Assembly (NCBI GenBank): GCA_045809925.1 | Contig: JBJMWX010000108.1 | Coordinates: forward strand, 1,792-65,791 | Reading direction: 5' to 3' | Source of the DNA: Chthoniobacterales bacterium | GTDB taxonomy: Bacteria; Verrucomicrobiota; Verrucomicrobiia; Chthoniobacterales; UBA10450 | DNA: 64,000 bases | Part shown: piece after piece, positions 53,696-63,685 of the stretch | How positions within the stretch are numbered: the first letter of the stretch is position 1 | Layout: each line of letters opens with the position of its first letter | The notes under the pieces: generated by a model | The model's database searches: none | Told to the model about the DNA's origin: nothing | The model's input: the letters and a program-made list of their open reading frames with translations, nothing else | Translations under genes and position numbers: made by a program

Positions 53696-55288
53696 ATGGA
53701 CCAACCGCCGCCATTTCCCTCTCCGGAGGAATTAAAAACGAAGCTCGCCGAATTCATGAAAAGCAATTTCGGCGACAAGGTCTCGTTCGCGACCTTCACG
53801 CAGCCGGCAACAGCTGATGCCGGGGCGGAGGAGAAAACGCCGGCAACTCAAGACGATCAGTTCCAGTTCGATTTTCTACCGCGCGATATCAAGGCGCATC
53901 TCGATCGCTTTGTCATTAAACAGGACGAAGCGAAGAAGGTGCTCTCGATAGCGGTTTGCGATCATTACAATCATGTGAATTACGTTCGCAGGCTGGAGCG
54001 CGAGGATGCCGCGCGCGCCGAGCAGACTGAATACGCGAAACAGAATGTAATTCTCGTCGGTCCGACCGGGGTCGGAAAAACATACCTCATCAAGCACATC
54101 GCGGAGCTGATCAAAGTGCCTTTCGTGAAGGCGGACGCGACGAAGTTCAGCGAGACCGGCTATGTCGGCGGAGACGTCGAAGATCTCGTGCGCGAGCTGG
54201 TCGACAAGGCCGATGGCGATGTAAACCTCGCGCAGTTCGGCATTATCTATATCGACGAAATCGACAAAATTGCGGCCGCTTCCAATGTCTCCGGACGCGA
54301 CGTCAGCGGGCGCGGCGTGCAGACGACGCTGCTGAAATTAATGGAAGAGACGGACGTCCCGTTGCGCAGCGCGCATGATATTCAGGCGCAGCTCCAGGCC
54401 GCTTTTGAGTTCCAGAAACGCGGAGGCAAGGGAAAACGAGAGACGATCAGCACGCGCCACATTTTGTTTGTGGTGAGCGGCGCTTTCGAGCAGCTCAAGC
54501 AGCAGGTGGGCCGGCGGATCGCGCAGAGCCAGATCGGTTTCGCGGCCGAACCGGTCCGCGTGATGGATAACGAACTGTTCCAGCACGTCACGACCGAAGA
54601 TTTTATCGAGTACGGGTTTGAGCCGGAATTCATCGGACGCTTGCCCGTGCGGGTCGTCTGCGAAGAGCTGAGCGCGGAGGACCTTTACCAGATCATGCGC
54701 CACTCCGAGGGCAGCATCCTGCGGCAGTATGAACGCGCCTTCGCTGCTTACGGCATCGAGATCAGCTTCGAGGACGAGGCGCTCCGCCTGATCGCGGCGG
54801 CGGCGGCAAAGGAAAAGACCGGTGCGCGCGGCCTGCTCACGGTTTTCGAGAAACTCTTCCGCGATTTTAAGTATCACCTTGCCGGTTCGGGGCTGACGCA
54901 ATTGCGCGTTTCATCGGAGCTGGTCTCCTACCCGCAGCGCGTGCTCGAGCGTTTGATGGCGGAGGGACACCGCCAGGAAGAAGCGGCGCTCGAGCAGGGC
55001 GCGAGTGATTTCGCCCACCGCTTTCAACAGGAGCACGGGGTGGAGCTGGCCTTCGACGAATCAGCACGGCGCCGCCTCGTCGAGCGTGCCCAGGCGGAGC
55101 GGATGACGATGGCGGAGCTCTGCGCGCACTTGTTCAAGGATTACCAGTTCGGGCTCAATCTCGTGCGCAAGAACAGCGGCGCGACGCGCTTTGTGCTTGA
55201 TGCGAGCGCGATTGACGCGCCCGATAAGTTCCTTAGCGATCTGGTTGTGCGCTCGCACTATCCACTTGCGCCCGCGGCGAACAGTTGA
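53696..55288 (+). CDS. ClpX-like AAA+ ATPase (atypical paralog)
   Basis: GPTGVGKT, GYVG, IDEIDK, RDVSG, IGF, PEFIGRLP, TGARGL; no N-terminal zinc finger. Confidence 0.9.
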   Translation: MDQPPPFPSPEELKTKLAEFMKSNFGDKVSFATFTQPATADAGAEEKTPATQDDQFQFDFLPRDIKAHLDRFVIKQDEAKKVLSIAVCDHYNHVNYVRRLEREDAARAEQTEYAKQNVILVGPTGVGKTYLIKHIAELIKVPFVKADATKFSETGYVGGDVEDLVRELVDKADGDVNLAQFGIIYIDEIDKIAAASNVSGRDVSGRGVQTTLLKLMEETDVPLRSAHDIQAQLQAAFEFQKRGGKGKRETISTRHILFVVSGAFEQLKQQVGRRIAQSQIGFAAEPVRVMDNELFQHVTTEDFIEYGFEPEFIGRLPVRVVCEELSAEDLYQIMRHSEGSILRQYERAFAAYGIEISFEDEALRLIAAAAAKEKTGARGLLTVFEKLFRDFKYHLAGSGLTQLRVSSELVSYPQRVLERLMAEGHRQEEAALEQGASDFAHRFQQEHGVELAFDESARRRLVERAQAERMTMAELCAHLFKDYQFGLNLVRKNSGATRFVLDASAIDAPDKFLSDLVVRSHYPLAPAANS

Positions 55289-55301
55289 GAGCTATCGGTA
55301 A

Positions 55302-56543
55302 GTGAAACGCTCGTTGCTGCCAGCGCTCGTCATTGCCGTGATCGTGAGCGGCTTTGTGCTCTGGCTGCACGTCTCGGGAGTCGCATTGCGGCTCGAGCTG
55401 CCGGTGAGCGGTTTCTTTTCGCATTCGAGCGCCGTCACGAAAGTGGTGAGCGAGAAATTGCAATACGGGCTGGTCTTCATCCTCGCGGCGGCCGTCGCCT
55501 GGATGACGATCGAAACAATGCGACGCGCGCGGCTGGCGATCATCATTGCTGTCCTCGCGGTCGAGTTGCTCGTCGTCACCTGGGTCTGCGCTCTTTACGG
55601 CGTGTTCTTTCAGCCGCTGCCGTCGATCTTCTCCGCGCTCCTCGCGCTCGGCGGTGCGGCCGGTTATGCGCGGATCGTCAAATGGCGCGCGGAACGTCCG
55701 GCGGTTGTTTTCGAGGACCGGCTCTCGGAGCGGCAGATCGATCTTATCAAATCGGGCGAGGTTCCGGTCAAGATCGAGCCGCGTAGCTACGATGTGAGCG
55801 CGGTTGTCTGCGATATCGGAAATAAGCACGATCTCGCCGACGAACTCGAGCCGTCAGCTTTTGCCGAGCTGATCACGCGTTTTATCACCCACGCGACCAA
55901 GACATTTCTCGACGCCGGCGCCTATATCGAAGCCGCGGGCGGCGAGGGAGTGGTCGCGATCTTCGGATATCCGGCTGAGGTCGGGGGCCACGCAGAAAAG
56001 GCGACCCGTCTTGCCATGCACCTGGTCGATTCATTTTCAACCAGACAGAACGGCGAAAGCCCCGCCTTTGATCTGACGCTGCATGCCGGCGTGAGCACCG
56101 GTCGAATCGTGGTCGCGCCATTTACGAGCGACGGCCGCTCGGGGACGCTGGCCACCGGCGAACCAATCGAGCTGGCGCGGCGGTTTTGCATCGCGAACCG
56201 CTTCTACGGCTCACGGGTCCTGATTGGCCCACACACTTTCGAGCTCGCAGGGCAGGCGCTCGTCGCCCGGCCGATCGATTTCCTCAGCGGAGTGGATGTG
56301 CGCGAGCGACATGAAATCTACGAACCACTCTCGCTCGCGGAGGAGGCAAGCGCGGAGGCCATCCAGCGGCGCGATTCGTTCTGGAACGGAGTAGTGCTCT
56401 ATCGTGAGAAGCGCTGGGCCGAAGCGTACGCACATTTCCAAAAGGCGCGGCTCCCCGACACGGAAGATCCACCGCTTCAGCTCTACCTGCGGCGGCTCGA
56501 ACCGCTTGCCCTCCAATTGATCGACACGCCGCTCGAAGAGTAG
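55302..56543 (+). CDS. Membrane class III adenylate/guanylate cyclase-like protein with degenerate active site
   Basis: About four TMs, VCDI, GEGVVAIFGYP, HAGVSTG, GEPIELARR, C-terminal TPR-like helix pair. Confidence 0.82.
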   Translation: MKRSLLPALVIAVIVSGFVLWLHVSGVALRLELPVSGFFSHSSAVTKVVSEKLQYGLVFILAAAVAWMTIETMRRARLAIIIAVLAVELLVVTWVCALYGVFFQPLPSIFSALLALGGAAGYARIVKWRAERPAVVFEDRLSERQIDLIKSGEVPVKIEPRSYDVSAVVCDIGNKHDLADELEPSAFAELITRFITHATKTFLDAGAYIEAAGGEGVVAIFGYPAEVGGHAEKATRLAMHLVDSFSTRQNGESPAFDLTLHAGVSTGRIVVAPFTSDGRSGTLATGEPIELARRFCIANRFYGSRVLIGPHTFELAGQALVARPIDFLSGVDVRERHEIYEPLSLAEEASAEAIQRRDSFWNGVVLYREKRWAEAYAHFQKARLPDTEDPPLQLYLRRLEPLALQLIDTPLEE

Positions 56544-56553
56544 GGCGGCCGCT

Positions 56554-57159
56554 TTGAGGAAGATCGAGTATCCGGCCGCGGTCCGGGAGTTGATCACGCA
56601 GCTCCGTCAGATGCCGGGAGTAGGTCCGCGCTCGGCGGAGCGGATAGCCCTCTGGATCATCCGCGCGCGAGCCGATCAGCCCGACCAGATTGCGCGCACG
56701 ATCACGCTCGCGCGCACCACAATTCGGCCCTGCACACGCTGCGGTTTTTTTACCACCGAAGAATTATGCGAAATCTGCTCCGATACGTCGCGAGTGGCGG
56801 ATCAGCTTTGTGTGGTCGAGCAGCCAACCGACATTTTGCCGCTCGAAAAAACGAGTGCGTTCCGCGGCCGTTATCACTCGCTGGGCGGCCGGATCTCACC
56901 CCTCGACCATGTCGGGCCAGAGGACTTGCGGGTTAAGGAACTGCTCGATCGCGTCACGAACGAACGGTTTTCCGAAGTGATCTTCGCCCTCGCTGCCGAT
57001 GTCGAAGGCGAGGCGACCACGAACTATCTGGTTGAACTCCTGAAGCCGACCGGCGTCACCATGACGCGAATTGCGCATGGTCTGCCCGCCGGAACCGGAC
57101 TCGAATCGGCCGATGAATTGACCCTCTATCAGGCGCTTTCCGGCAGGCGCGAGCTTTGA
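56554..57159 (+). CDS. recR: Recombination mediator RecR
   Basis: MPGVGPRSAER, CTRC..CEIC zinc finger, VVEQ, EGEAT, RIAHGLP. Confidence 0.97.
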   Translation: MRKIEYPAAVRELITQLRQMPGVGPRSAERIALWIIRARADQPDQIARTITLARTTIRPCTRCGFFTTEELCEICSDTSRVADQLCVVEQPTDILPLEKTSAFRGRYHSLGGRISPLDHVGPEDLRVKELLDRVTNERFSEVIFALAADVEGEATTNYLVELLKPTGVTMTRIAHGLPAGTGLESADELTLYQALSGRREL

Positions 57160-57190
57160 CCTGCGGCGAATCACGCGCGATAACTTCGCG

Positions 57191-58078
57191 ATGCCGACCA
57201 TGAAAATCGATCCGGCACTGCATCAGTCGCAGAAGCCGCCCTGGATCAAGGTGCGTCTGCCACGGAATCCGGTTTTCTTTTCGACCAAGACGCTCATTTC
57301 GGACCTTCGCCTGCACACGGTGTGCGAGAGCGCGCAGTGCCCCAATCGCTGGGAATGCTGGAGCCAGGGAACAGCGACCATGATGATCGCAGGCGAACGT
57401 TGCACCCGCGCCTGCGGTTTTTGCGCTGTGAGTACCGCGAAACCTTTTGCTCTGGAAGAAGACGAACCGCAGCGCGTCGCCGAAGCGGTGCGCCGGCTGA
57501 AGCTAAAGCACGTCGTGATCACAGCCGTTGCGCGTGACGATTTGCAGGATGGCGGCGCCAATCACTTCGCGCGTACCATCCGCGCGATTCGCGATCTCGA
57601 TCCCTCCATCGTCGTCGAGGTCCTCGTGCCCGACTTTCATGCCCAGGATTGGTGTATCGAAATCGTTCTCAACGCCGCGCCTGACATATTCAATCACAAC
57701 ATGGAGACGGTCGAACGGCTGACGCCCCAGGTGCGATCACGTGCAAAATACCGAACGTCGCTTGAGGTGCTGCGCAAGGCCAAGCAGATCTCTCCGGACG
57801 TGGTGACGAAGAGCGGTGTTATGCTCGGGCTCGGCGAGACAGAATCGGAGCTGTTTCAGACGATGGATCATCTGCGTGAGATCGGCTGCCAGGTGCTCAC
57901 GCTGGGGCAATATCTCAGGCCAACACCGCAGCACCTCCCGGTGGTCGAGTTCGTCTCCCCCGAGCGCTTTGATTCCTACGGCCAGATCGCGCGGGCCAAG
58001 GGTTTTGCTCATGTCGCATCGGGTCCGCTGGTCCGCAGCTCCTATCACGCGGCGGATTTCCACCCCGTCGTGCGCTAA
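57191..58078 (+). CDS. lipA: Lipoyl synthase
   Basis: CESAQCPNRWEC, CTRACGFC, LVRSSYHA. Confidence 0.98.
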   Translation: MPTMKIDPALHQSQKPPWIKVRLPRNPVFFSTKTLISDLRLHTVCESAQCPNRWECWSQGTATMMIAGERCTRACGFCAVSTAKPFALEEDEPQRVAEAVRRLKLKHVVITAVARDDLQDGGANHFARTIRAIRDLDPSIVVEVLVPDFHAQDWCIEIVLNAAPDIFNHNMETVERLTPQVRSRAKYRTSLEVLRKAKQISPDVVTKSGVMLGLGETESELFQTMDHLREIGCQVLTLGQYLRPTPQHLPVVEFVSPERFDSYGQIARAKGFAHVASGPLVRSSYHAADFHPVVR

Positions 58079-58081
58079 GGG

Positions 58082-58747
58082 ATGGCGATCGCGGCGGTTA
58101 TTCCCGCGTTCCAGGAAGAGAAGCACATCGGCGATGTCGTGCGCCGGACGCTTGCGCAGGTGCCGCAGGTCGTCGTGGTGGACGATGGATCGAAAGACAC
58201 GACGGCGGCGGTGGCGCGGGAAGCCGGCGCAGAAGTCATCGTGCATCCGGTCAATCGCGGAAAAGGGGAGGCGATCAAGACCGGGCTCCGCCGCACGCTC
58301 GAGCTCGGCGCGGAATATGTCGTAATCCTCGACGCCGACGGCCAGCATTTACCGGAAGAGATTCCGCGTTTCGTTGCGCAGTCCAAGAGCACGAACGGCA
58401 GGCTATTTGTAGGTACACGCATGAACGATGTCGCCACCATGCCGAAGCTGCGTCGATTCGTGAATCGTTACATGAGCCGGAAAATTAGCGGCCTCTGCGG
58501 CCACGTTATTCCCGACACGCAATGTGGCTTTCGAATGATCCACCGCGATCTGATTCCCGACTTGTTAGGCGGCGGTGAGCGCTTCGACTACGAAACTGAA
58601 ATGCTGATCGTGGCAAGCCGCCGCGGCCTGCAGATCGAATCAGTGCCGATTACAACCGTCTACGCCGATGAAGTCAGCAGCATCCACCCGGTGCGGGATA
58701 CGCTCCGCTTTTTCAAGTTGATCCGCCGTTACCGCCGGGAAACCTAG
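58082..58747 (+). CDS. GT2 glycosyltransferase (DPM-synthase-like)
   Basis: IPAF.E, VDDGS, NRGKG, DADGQH, DTQCGFR. Confidence 0.92.
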   Translation: MAIAAVIPAFQEEKHIGDVVRRTLAQVPQVVVVDDGSKDTTAAVAREAGAEVIVHPVNRGKGEAIKTGLRRTLELGAEYVVILDADGQHLPEEIPRFVAQSKSTNGRLFVGTRMNDVATMPKLRRFVNRYMSRKISGLCGHVIPDTQCGFRMIHRDLIPDLLGGGERFDYETEMLIVASRRGLQIESVPITTVYADEVSSIHPVRDTLRFFKLIRRYRRET

Positions 58748-58754
58748 GGCGCCG

Positions 58755-59273
58755 CTAGAGCAAACCGCGCCGGCGAAAGTCGCCGATATTTCCACCGCTC
58801 GAGCGCTCGATCAGATCGATTGTGAACTTGAGCAGACAAACTTCCCACGCGTCGTCGACTCCGTGAATGACTGCACTAAGCTGTTCGCTTGTCTCCGCTT
58901 CGCGCCGGGTTCGGCCGATCACGGCCTCGATTGTGTCCCGCACCGTGTGTTCGGTCACCTCCGAGCGGTGGAAGCGAAATCCATAGCGCAGGATCGCAAC
59001 ATTATTGGCGTATTCACGCAGCCGTTCGGCATAACGATGTGCCGGTTCGCCGAAGCCTTCGAGCAAGAGACGGAGAAGATGCTCCGGCGTGACGATCTGC
59101 GGCCGCTCGGCCTGGACGCTACCTTTGCGGATGCGCACCTCATTCGCATGGTCCATCAACTCTGAGAGCATGTAAAAATCGAAGCGTGTCGTGCCGAAGG
59201 TTGCGATGCGCTGCTCGGGCGCGACGATGACGCGCGTGTTCTCCATCGCGTATTCGAAATCGTCTGGTCGCAT
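58755..59273 (-). CDS. Conserved hypothetical protein
   Basis: Globular-looking 172-aa ORF (IATFGTT..Y, GVDDAWEVCLLKF) filling the gap; start set to ATG 59273. Confidence 0.75.
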   Translation of the reverse strand: MRPDDFEYAMENTRVIVAPEQRIATFGTTRFDFYMLSELMDHANEVRIRKGSVQAERPQIVTPEHLLRLLLEGFGEPAHRYAERLREYANNVAILRYGFRFHRSEVTEHTVRDTIEAVIGRTRREAETSEQLSAVIHGVDDAWEVCLLKFTIDLIERSSGGNIGDFRRRGLL

Positions 59274-59288
59274 CCCGCCCAACCTACA

Positions 59289-60224
59289 TCAGGCCGGCGA
59301 TTCGGCGACGGCCGCGGCAGCGGTTTCGATTGCGCGGGTGCGCCAGCGGTAAGCTGCTTCAGCGCTAAACATCGCGAGCCCGATCCAAATCAGGACGAAC
59401 GTGATTAGCTGCCCGCCTGTGAATGGCTCATGGTACACAAACACGCCGATCAAGAACGAGCCGGAGGGCGCAAGGTATTGGAGAAAGCCTAGAGTCGTTA
59501 ATCGCAAATGTCGCGCCGCGTGTCCGAACCAGACGAGAGGCAACGCCGTCACCACGCCGGTTGAACAAAGAAGCAGAGCGTACCCGAGGTCGATCCGCGG
59601 GAAGATAAGCCATTCGCTGTGGTGAAGTGCGACGAGGAAACCGGCCGCCAACGGGACGAGCAGTATCGTCTCGATGAATAATCCCGCGATGGGCCGCGTG
59701 CCCGATTTTTTTCGCAGCAAGCCATAGAGGCCAAATGAGACGCAAAGTATGATCGCAACCCAAGGAAACCTGCCGTAGCCGAAGGTGAGAACAAGCACGC
59801 CGATCAAGGCCAGCGATATCGCGGTCAGCTGGATGCGCGTCGGCCGCTCGCGCAGGAAGACCGCGCCGAAAAGGATATTGACGAGCGGGGTCATGAAATA
59901 GCCAAGACTTGTCTCGACGATCCGGTTGGCGTTCACCGCCCAGATGAACGTCAGCCAGTTGATGGAGATCGCGATCCCACTCGTCAGGCAGTAGGTCAGA
60001 GCGCGCGGTGAGCGGATGATCTGCCGGATCTCCGGCCAGCGCCGCTGCCAGCTAAGCAGCGCGATCAGGAACAGCGTCGTCCAGACGAAACGGTGCGCGA
60101 GAATTTCCGATGCCGGCAGAAACTTGAGCAGTTTCCAGTAGGCCGGGATAACGCCCCACAGAGCAAAAGCTGCGAGCGCGGCTATCAGACCGCTGCGGTC
60201 TTCGCGCTGGTTTTGTTGCGCCAT
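59289..60224 (-). CDS. rarD: EamA family transporter RarD
   Basis: LWG..P.YWK, EILAHR..W, SLGYFMTPL, LGFLQYLAP. Confidence 0.95.
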   Translation of the reverse strand: MAQQNQREDRSGLIAALAAFALWGVIPAYWKLLKFLPASEILAHRFVWTTLFLIALLSWQRRWPEIRQIIRSPRALTYCLTSGIAISINWLTFIWAVNANRIVETSLGYFMTPLVNILFGAVFLRERPTRIQLTAISLALIGVLVLTFGYGRFPWVAIILCVSFGLYGLLRKKSGTRPIAGLFIETILLVPLAAGFLVALHHSEWLIFPRIDLGYALLLCSTGVVTALPLVWFGHAARHLRLTTLGFLQYLAPSGSFLIGVFVYHEPFTGGQLITFVLIWIGLAMFSAEAAYRWRTRAIETAAAAVAESPA

Positions 60225-60271
60225 TCCGCGCGAACGATTCACGCGCGCGCGGGCAGAGCAAATCGGCCGAT

Positions 60272-60814
60272 CTACTTCTTCTGCTCGAACAGCTTCAGGT
60301 ATTCCCCGTAGCCTTCTGCCTGCAGCTTCTCCACCGGAACAAAGCGCAACGCCGCGGAGTTGATGCAGTAGCGCATTCCGCCTTTATCGCGTGGCCCGTC
60401 ATCGAAGACGTGACCGAGATGTGCGTCGCTCTCGCGCGACCGGACTTCCGTCCGCTCCATGCCCAATGTAGCGTCGGTTTTCTCCACCACCTGCGACTTC
60501 TCGACCGGTTTCGTGAAACTCGGCCAGCCAGTTCCGCTATCGAACTTATCGAGCGAAGTGAACAGCGGTTTGCCGCTGATTACGTCGACGTAGATACCGG
60601 CCCGATGGTTATCCCAGTATGCATTCCGGAACGGCGGCTCCGTGCCGCACTGCATTGTGACGTGGTATTGCTCGGACGTGAGTCGATTCTTCAGGTCGGT
60701 GTCGTCAGCTTTTGGTGTCATAGGCTTTTCGTTTTGCGCGGTCACACGATTGAGAAAGAAAACGGCGCTGCCGCATAGCAGGACAGCGACAGCGAGGATG
60801 GACAGCTTTTTCAA
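60272..60814 (-). CDS. msrB: Peptide-methionine (R)-S-oxide reductase with N-terminal export signal
   Basis: [33 protein letters not shown]; start set to TTG 60814 after GGAG. Confidence 0.95.
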   Translation of the reverse strand: MKKLSILAVAVLLCGSAVFFLNRVTAQNEKPMTPKADDTDLKNRLTSEQYHVTMQCGTEPPFRNAYWDNHRAGIYVDVISGKPLFTSLDKFDSGTGWPSFTKPVEKSQVVEKTDATLGMERTEVRSRESDAHLGHVFDDGPRDKGGMRYCINSAALRFVPVEKLQAEGYGEYLKLFEQKK

Positions 60815-60847
60815 TATTAACTCCGACAACCCCGGAAGGGTTCTCGT

Positions 60848-62347
60848 TCAGCCATCATCGTCTCGACCAGCCTCGGGCACGCGAATGTAACGGCGGAAAA
60901 GGAGCAGTCCGATCGGAGCAACCGAGGCGGCTAGCGCGAAGATAAGCCACATCTGTCCGGAATGACGCGGCCCGGTTTCGGGACAGAAGGCCGCGAGCAG
61001 CCACCCGCCGGTGCCGACGAGGAGCTTGCCGACGAGAAAGGGCAGATACGCGAGTGAGCCGTAGGAGGCTTCCTGTCCCTTCGGCGCGATGGCTGCTGCG
61101 TACTCGTAAACGCGCGGTGAGTAGAAAGCTTCGCCGATCGAGAAGACGATCAGGTAAAGAGCGGACATGACGTAGTAAGGATGAACCTGGCCCGCGACGC
61201 CGAGATAGCTGTGACCAAGCCACTGCCCAGCCACGCTATTCGCCGCGGGCACAAACCACGTCGTCGGCAACGCCATGATAAACACGCCAGCAGCACATAC
61301 GATTCCGCCGAAAACAACCATGCGGTAAGCGGTCCGTCGCTGCGTCAATGCACCTACGATCGGAGCGAGAAAAATGATTACCCAGGAATTGATCGCTGAC
61401 AGTTTGCCGACCGGCGCGTGCAAGCCCATTTCACGGTCGCCAAACTTCGGAAAGACGTAATCCATCTGCAGAAAAATTGCTTTCAGAAAACCGATGAAGA
61501 CGAAGAACAGCAACAAGCGGTAGAAGCCGGACTGCTTCAGTAATCGATGAAAGAGTTGCGCGGTCGCGACTGCGGTATCACGAACTGTGGCGGCAATTCC
61601 CGTCAGCACGCCGCTTGAAGCTGATGGCGGATGCTCGATCTGCCGGCCCGGATCGGCGCTGCGTCTGAGGAAGTAAACGGCCGGGAAGAGCAACAGCTCG
61701 AACCCGAGGCTGACGCAAAACAGTAGCTGATGCGGCGTCGGTTGAAACCTGCCAATGCTGAAATGCAGATCGCTTCGCCTGACAAAGTCGAAAATGTAAC
61801 CCGCGGCGAGGTAACCGATGTTCATGATCATGTAGATGATCGAGAACGACATGGACCGCTGCGCCGTGGTTGAGTATCGACGCGTCGCCGCGAGCAAGAC
61901 CGGTGTACCGAGCGCTTCGCCGACCGCGAGCGGCAGCACGCCGCAGGCAAGCGCGAGCGTCGGATTCGTGGTCAGAATCATCGTGCTGCGCGCGACGGTG
62001 CAAATAGCGACTCCGATGAAAAACGTTCGGCGCAATCCGATCGCGTCCGTGACCGAGCCCGCCAGCAGAGTGAATACGGTCATGGCTGGCGCCCAGACCC
62101 AGCCAACCAACGCCCCTGCGGCCTGATCGCTAAAGCCAAGGTCTTTCGACAGCCAGAGAACCATCGTCTTGTTCGTCACCGAATAGGCGGTGTAGATCAG
62201 GAACTTGATCAGGAATGTGAGCCACAGCTCACGTGACGCGCCGCCGAGCACGGTGAACTTCGCCACGAATCCGGCGAGTCCGCGGGGCCCGGCGGCGCCG
62301 ACGTCCTGCCCTGGGTCGACTGCTTTAATCGTGGGAGTCTCGGCCAC
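60848..62347 (-). CDS. MFS transporter (POT/peptide-transporter-like)
   Basis: About 12 TMs, GSVTDAIGLRR motif A, FSIIYMIMNIG, SIGEAFYSP. Confidence 0.85.
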   Translation of the reverse strand: MAETPTIKAVDPGQDVGAAGPRGLAGFVAKFTVLGGASRELWLTFLIKFLIYTAYSVTNKTMVLWLSKDLGFSDQAAGALVGWVWAPAMTVFTLLAGSVTDAIGLRRTFFIGVAICTVARSTMILTTNPTLALACGVLPLAVGEALGTPVLLAATRRYSTTAQRSMSFSIIYMIMNIGYLAAGYIFDFVRRSDLHFSIGRFQPTPHQLLFCVSLGFELLLFPAVYFLRRSADPGRQIEHPPSASSGVLTGIAATVRDTAVATAQLFHRLLKQSGFYRLLLFFVFIGFLKAIFLQMDYVFPKFGDREMGLHAPVGKLSAINSWVIIFLAPIVGALTQRRTAYRMVVFGGIVCAAGVFIMALPTTWFVPAANSVAGQWLGHSYLGVAGQVHPYYVMSALYLIVFSIGEAFYSPRVYEYAAAIAPKGQEASYGSLAYLPFLVGKLLVGTGGWLLAAFCPETGPRHSGQMWLIFALAASVAPIGLLLFRRYIRVPEAGRDDDG

Positions 62348-62358
62348 CGCGGGATCAG

Positions 62359-63207
62359 CTACACCATGTTGGCGATGAACTCACGCCCGTCGAAGGGCGC
62401 GAAATCATCGAGCTGCTCGCCGGTACCGACGAAGCGCGTCGGAATCCCAAGCTCGTCCTGAATTGCGATCACGATCCCGCCCTTGCCGCTGCCGTCAATT
62501 TTCGTCACGATCAGGCCGGTGAGGCCGATCGCCTCGTGAAATTGCCGGGCCTGCGCCAGCGCATTGCTGCCGGTCGTGGCATCCACGACGAGCAACGTCT
62601 CGTGCGGCGCCTTGTCATCGTGCTTGGCCAGGCTCCGTTTCACCTTTTGCAGCTCAGCCATCAAGTTGGTCTTGGTGTGCAGACGGCCGGCCGTGTCACA
62701 AATCAGGAACTCGACGTTTCGTTTGTCGGCCGCCTGATACGCTTCGTAGCAAAGAGCCGCCGGATCAGCGTTGTATTGCCCGCGAATCATCTCCACCCCG
62801 ACCCGCTGCGCCCAGATACCAAGCTGCTCGATTGCCGCCGCTCGAAATGTGTCCGCGGCGGCAAGGAGCACGCTGTGTCGCTGATGTTTAAAGTAGTGTG
62901 CGAGTTTGGCGGTTGAAGTTGTCTTACCGGTCCCGTTCACTCCGACGACTAAAATCGCCTTCGGCTTTGCGGGCAGCGGCGCGATCGCCTGCGGCGCAAG
63001 CGGCAAAACGCGTGCGATTTCGTCGCGGGCAACCTCGGTGACGTCTGCAGCTGTGATCGTCCGCGTCGCCGCTCGTGCTTGCAGCGACTCTACAATTCGC
63101 AAGCTCATCGGCACGCCGAGATCGGCACGGATAAGCGCTTCCTCCAGCTCATCCCAGTCGACGGGTTTGCCGGCAAGTTTCTGGACGAGTGATCTGAAGA
63201 AGTTCAT
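62359..63207 (-). CDS. ftsY: SRP receptor FtsY (NG domain only)
   Basis: [35 protein letters not shown]. Confidence 0.97.
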   Translation of the reverse strand: MNFFRSLVQKLAGKPVDWDELEEALIRADLGVPMSLRIVESLQARAATRTITAADVTEVARDEIARVLPLAPQAIAPLPAKPKAILVVGVNGTGKTTSTAKLAHYFKHQRHSVLLAAADTFRAAAIEQLGIWAQRVGVEMIRGQYNADPAALCYEAYQAADKRNVEFLICDTAGRLHTKTNLMAELQKVKRSLAKHDDKAPHETLLVVDATTGSNALAQARQFHEAIGLTGLIVTKIDGSGKGGIVIAIQDELGIPTRFVGTGEQLDDFAPFDGREFIANMV

Positions 63208-63235
63208 GCGAGTGGCGGCGCCTTGCCTCGGCGCG

Positions 63236-63685
63236 CTAGCTCTTCGCGTCGCTGTTCGGCGTTGCCGCTTCGCGCAAGGGACGTGAAAGATCGTCCTTCA
63301 CCCGATCGAGGATTCCATTCACAAAACGCCCCGAGTCGCTGCCACCGAATGTCTTTGCGAGCTCGATCGCTTCATTAATCGAGACGACGGGCGGAATATC
63401 ATCGCGGTAGAGCATCTCGTAGATGGCGAGCCGCAGGACATTGCGGTCGACAGGCGACAAGCGGCGGATGTCGTAGTTCTCCGTATAGCGGCGGATCCGG
63501 TCGTCGATCTGCGGCAGGTGCGTGAGCATTCCGTCGATGAGTGGCTGGGCGAAATCGCGGACTCGCGACGTACTCGGACAGAATTCCCAGAATTCTTCCA
63601 TTCGTTCCGGCGCCGCGCCGTGATGCGCATCGCGCCAGAAATGAAATTGCACTGCGGCCTGCCGGCCGGACCGTCGTTTACCCAT
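63236..63685 (-). CDS. nusB: Transcription antitermination factor NusB
   Basis: RR..R..AVQ, DRNVLRL, INEAIELAK.F, FVNGILD. Confidence 0.97.
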   Translation of the reverse strand: MGKRRSGRQAAVQFHFWRDAHHGAAPERMEEFWEFCPSTSRVRDFAQPLIDGMLTHLPQIDDRIRRYTENYDIRRLSPVDRNVLRLAIYEMLYRDDIPPVVSINEAIELAKTFGGSDSGRFVNGILDRVKDDLSRPLREAATPNSDAKS

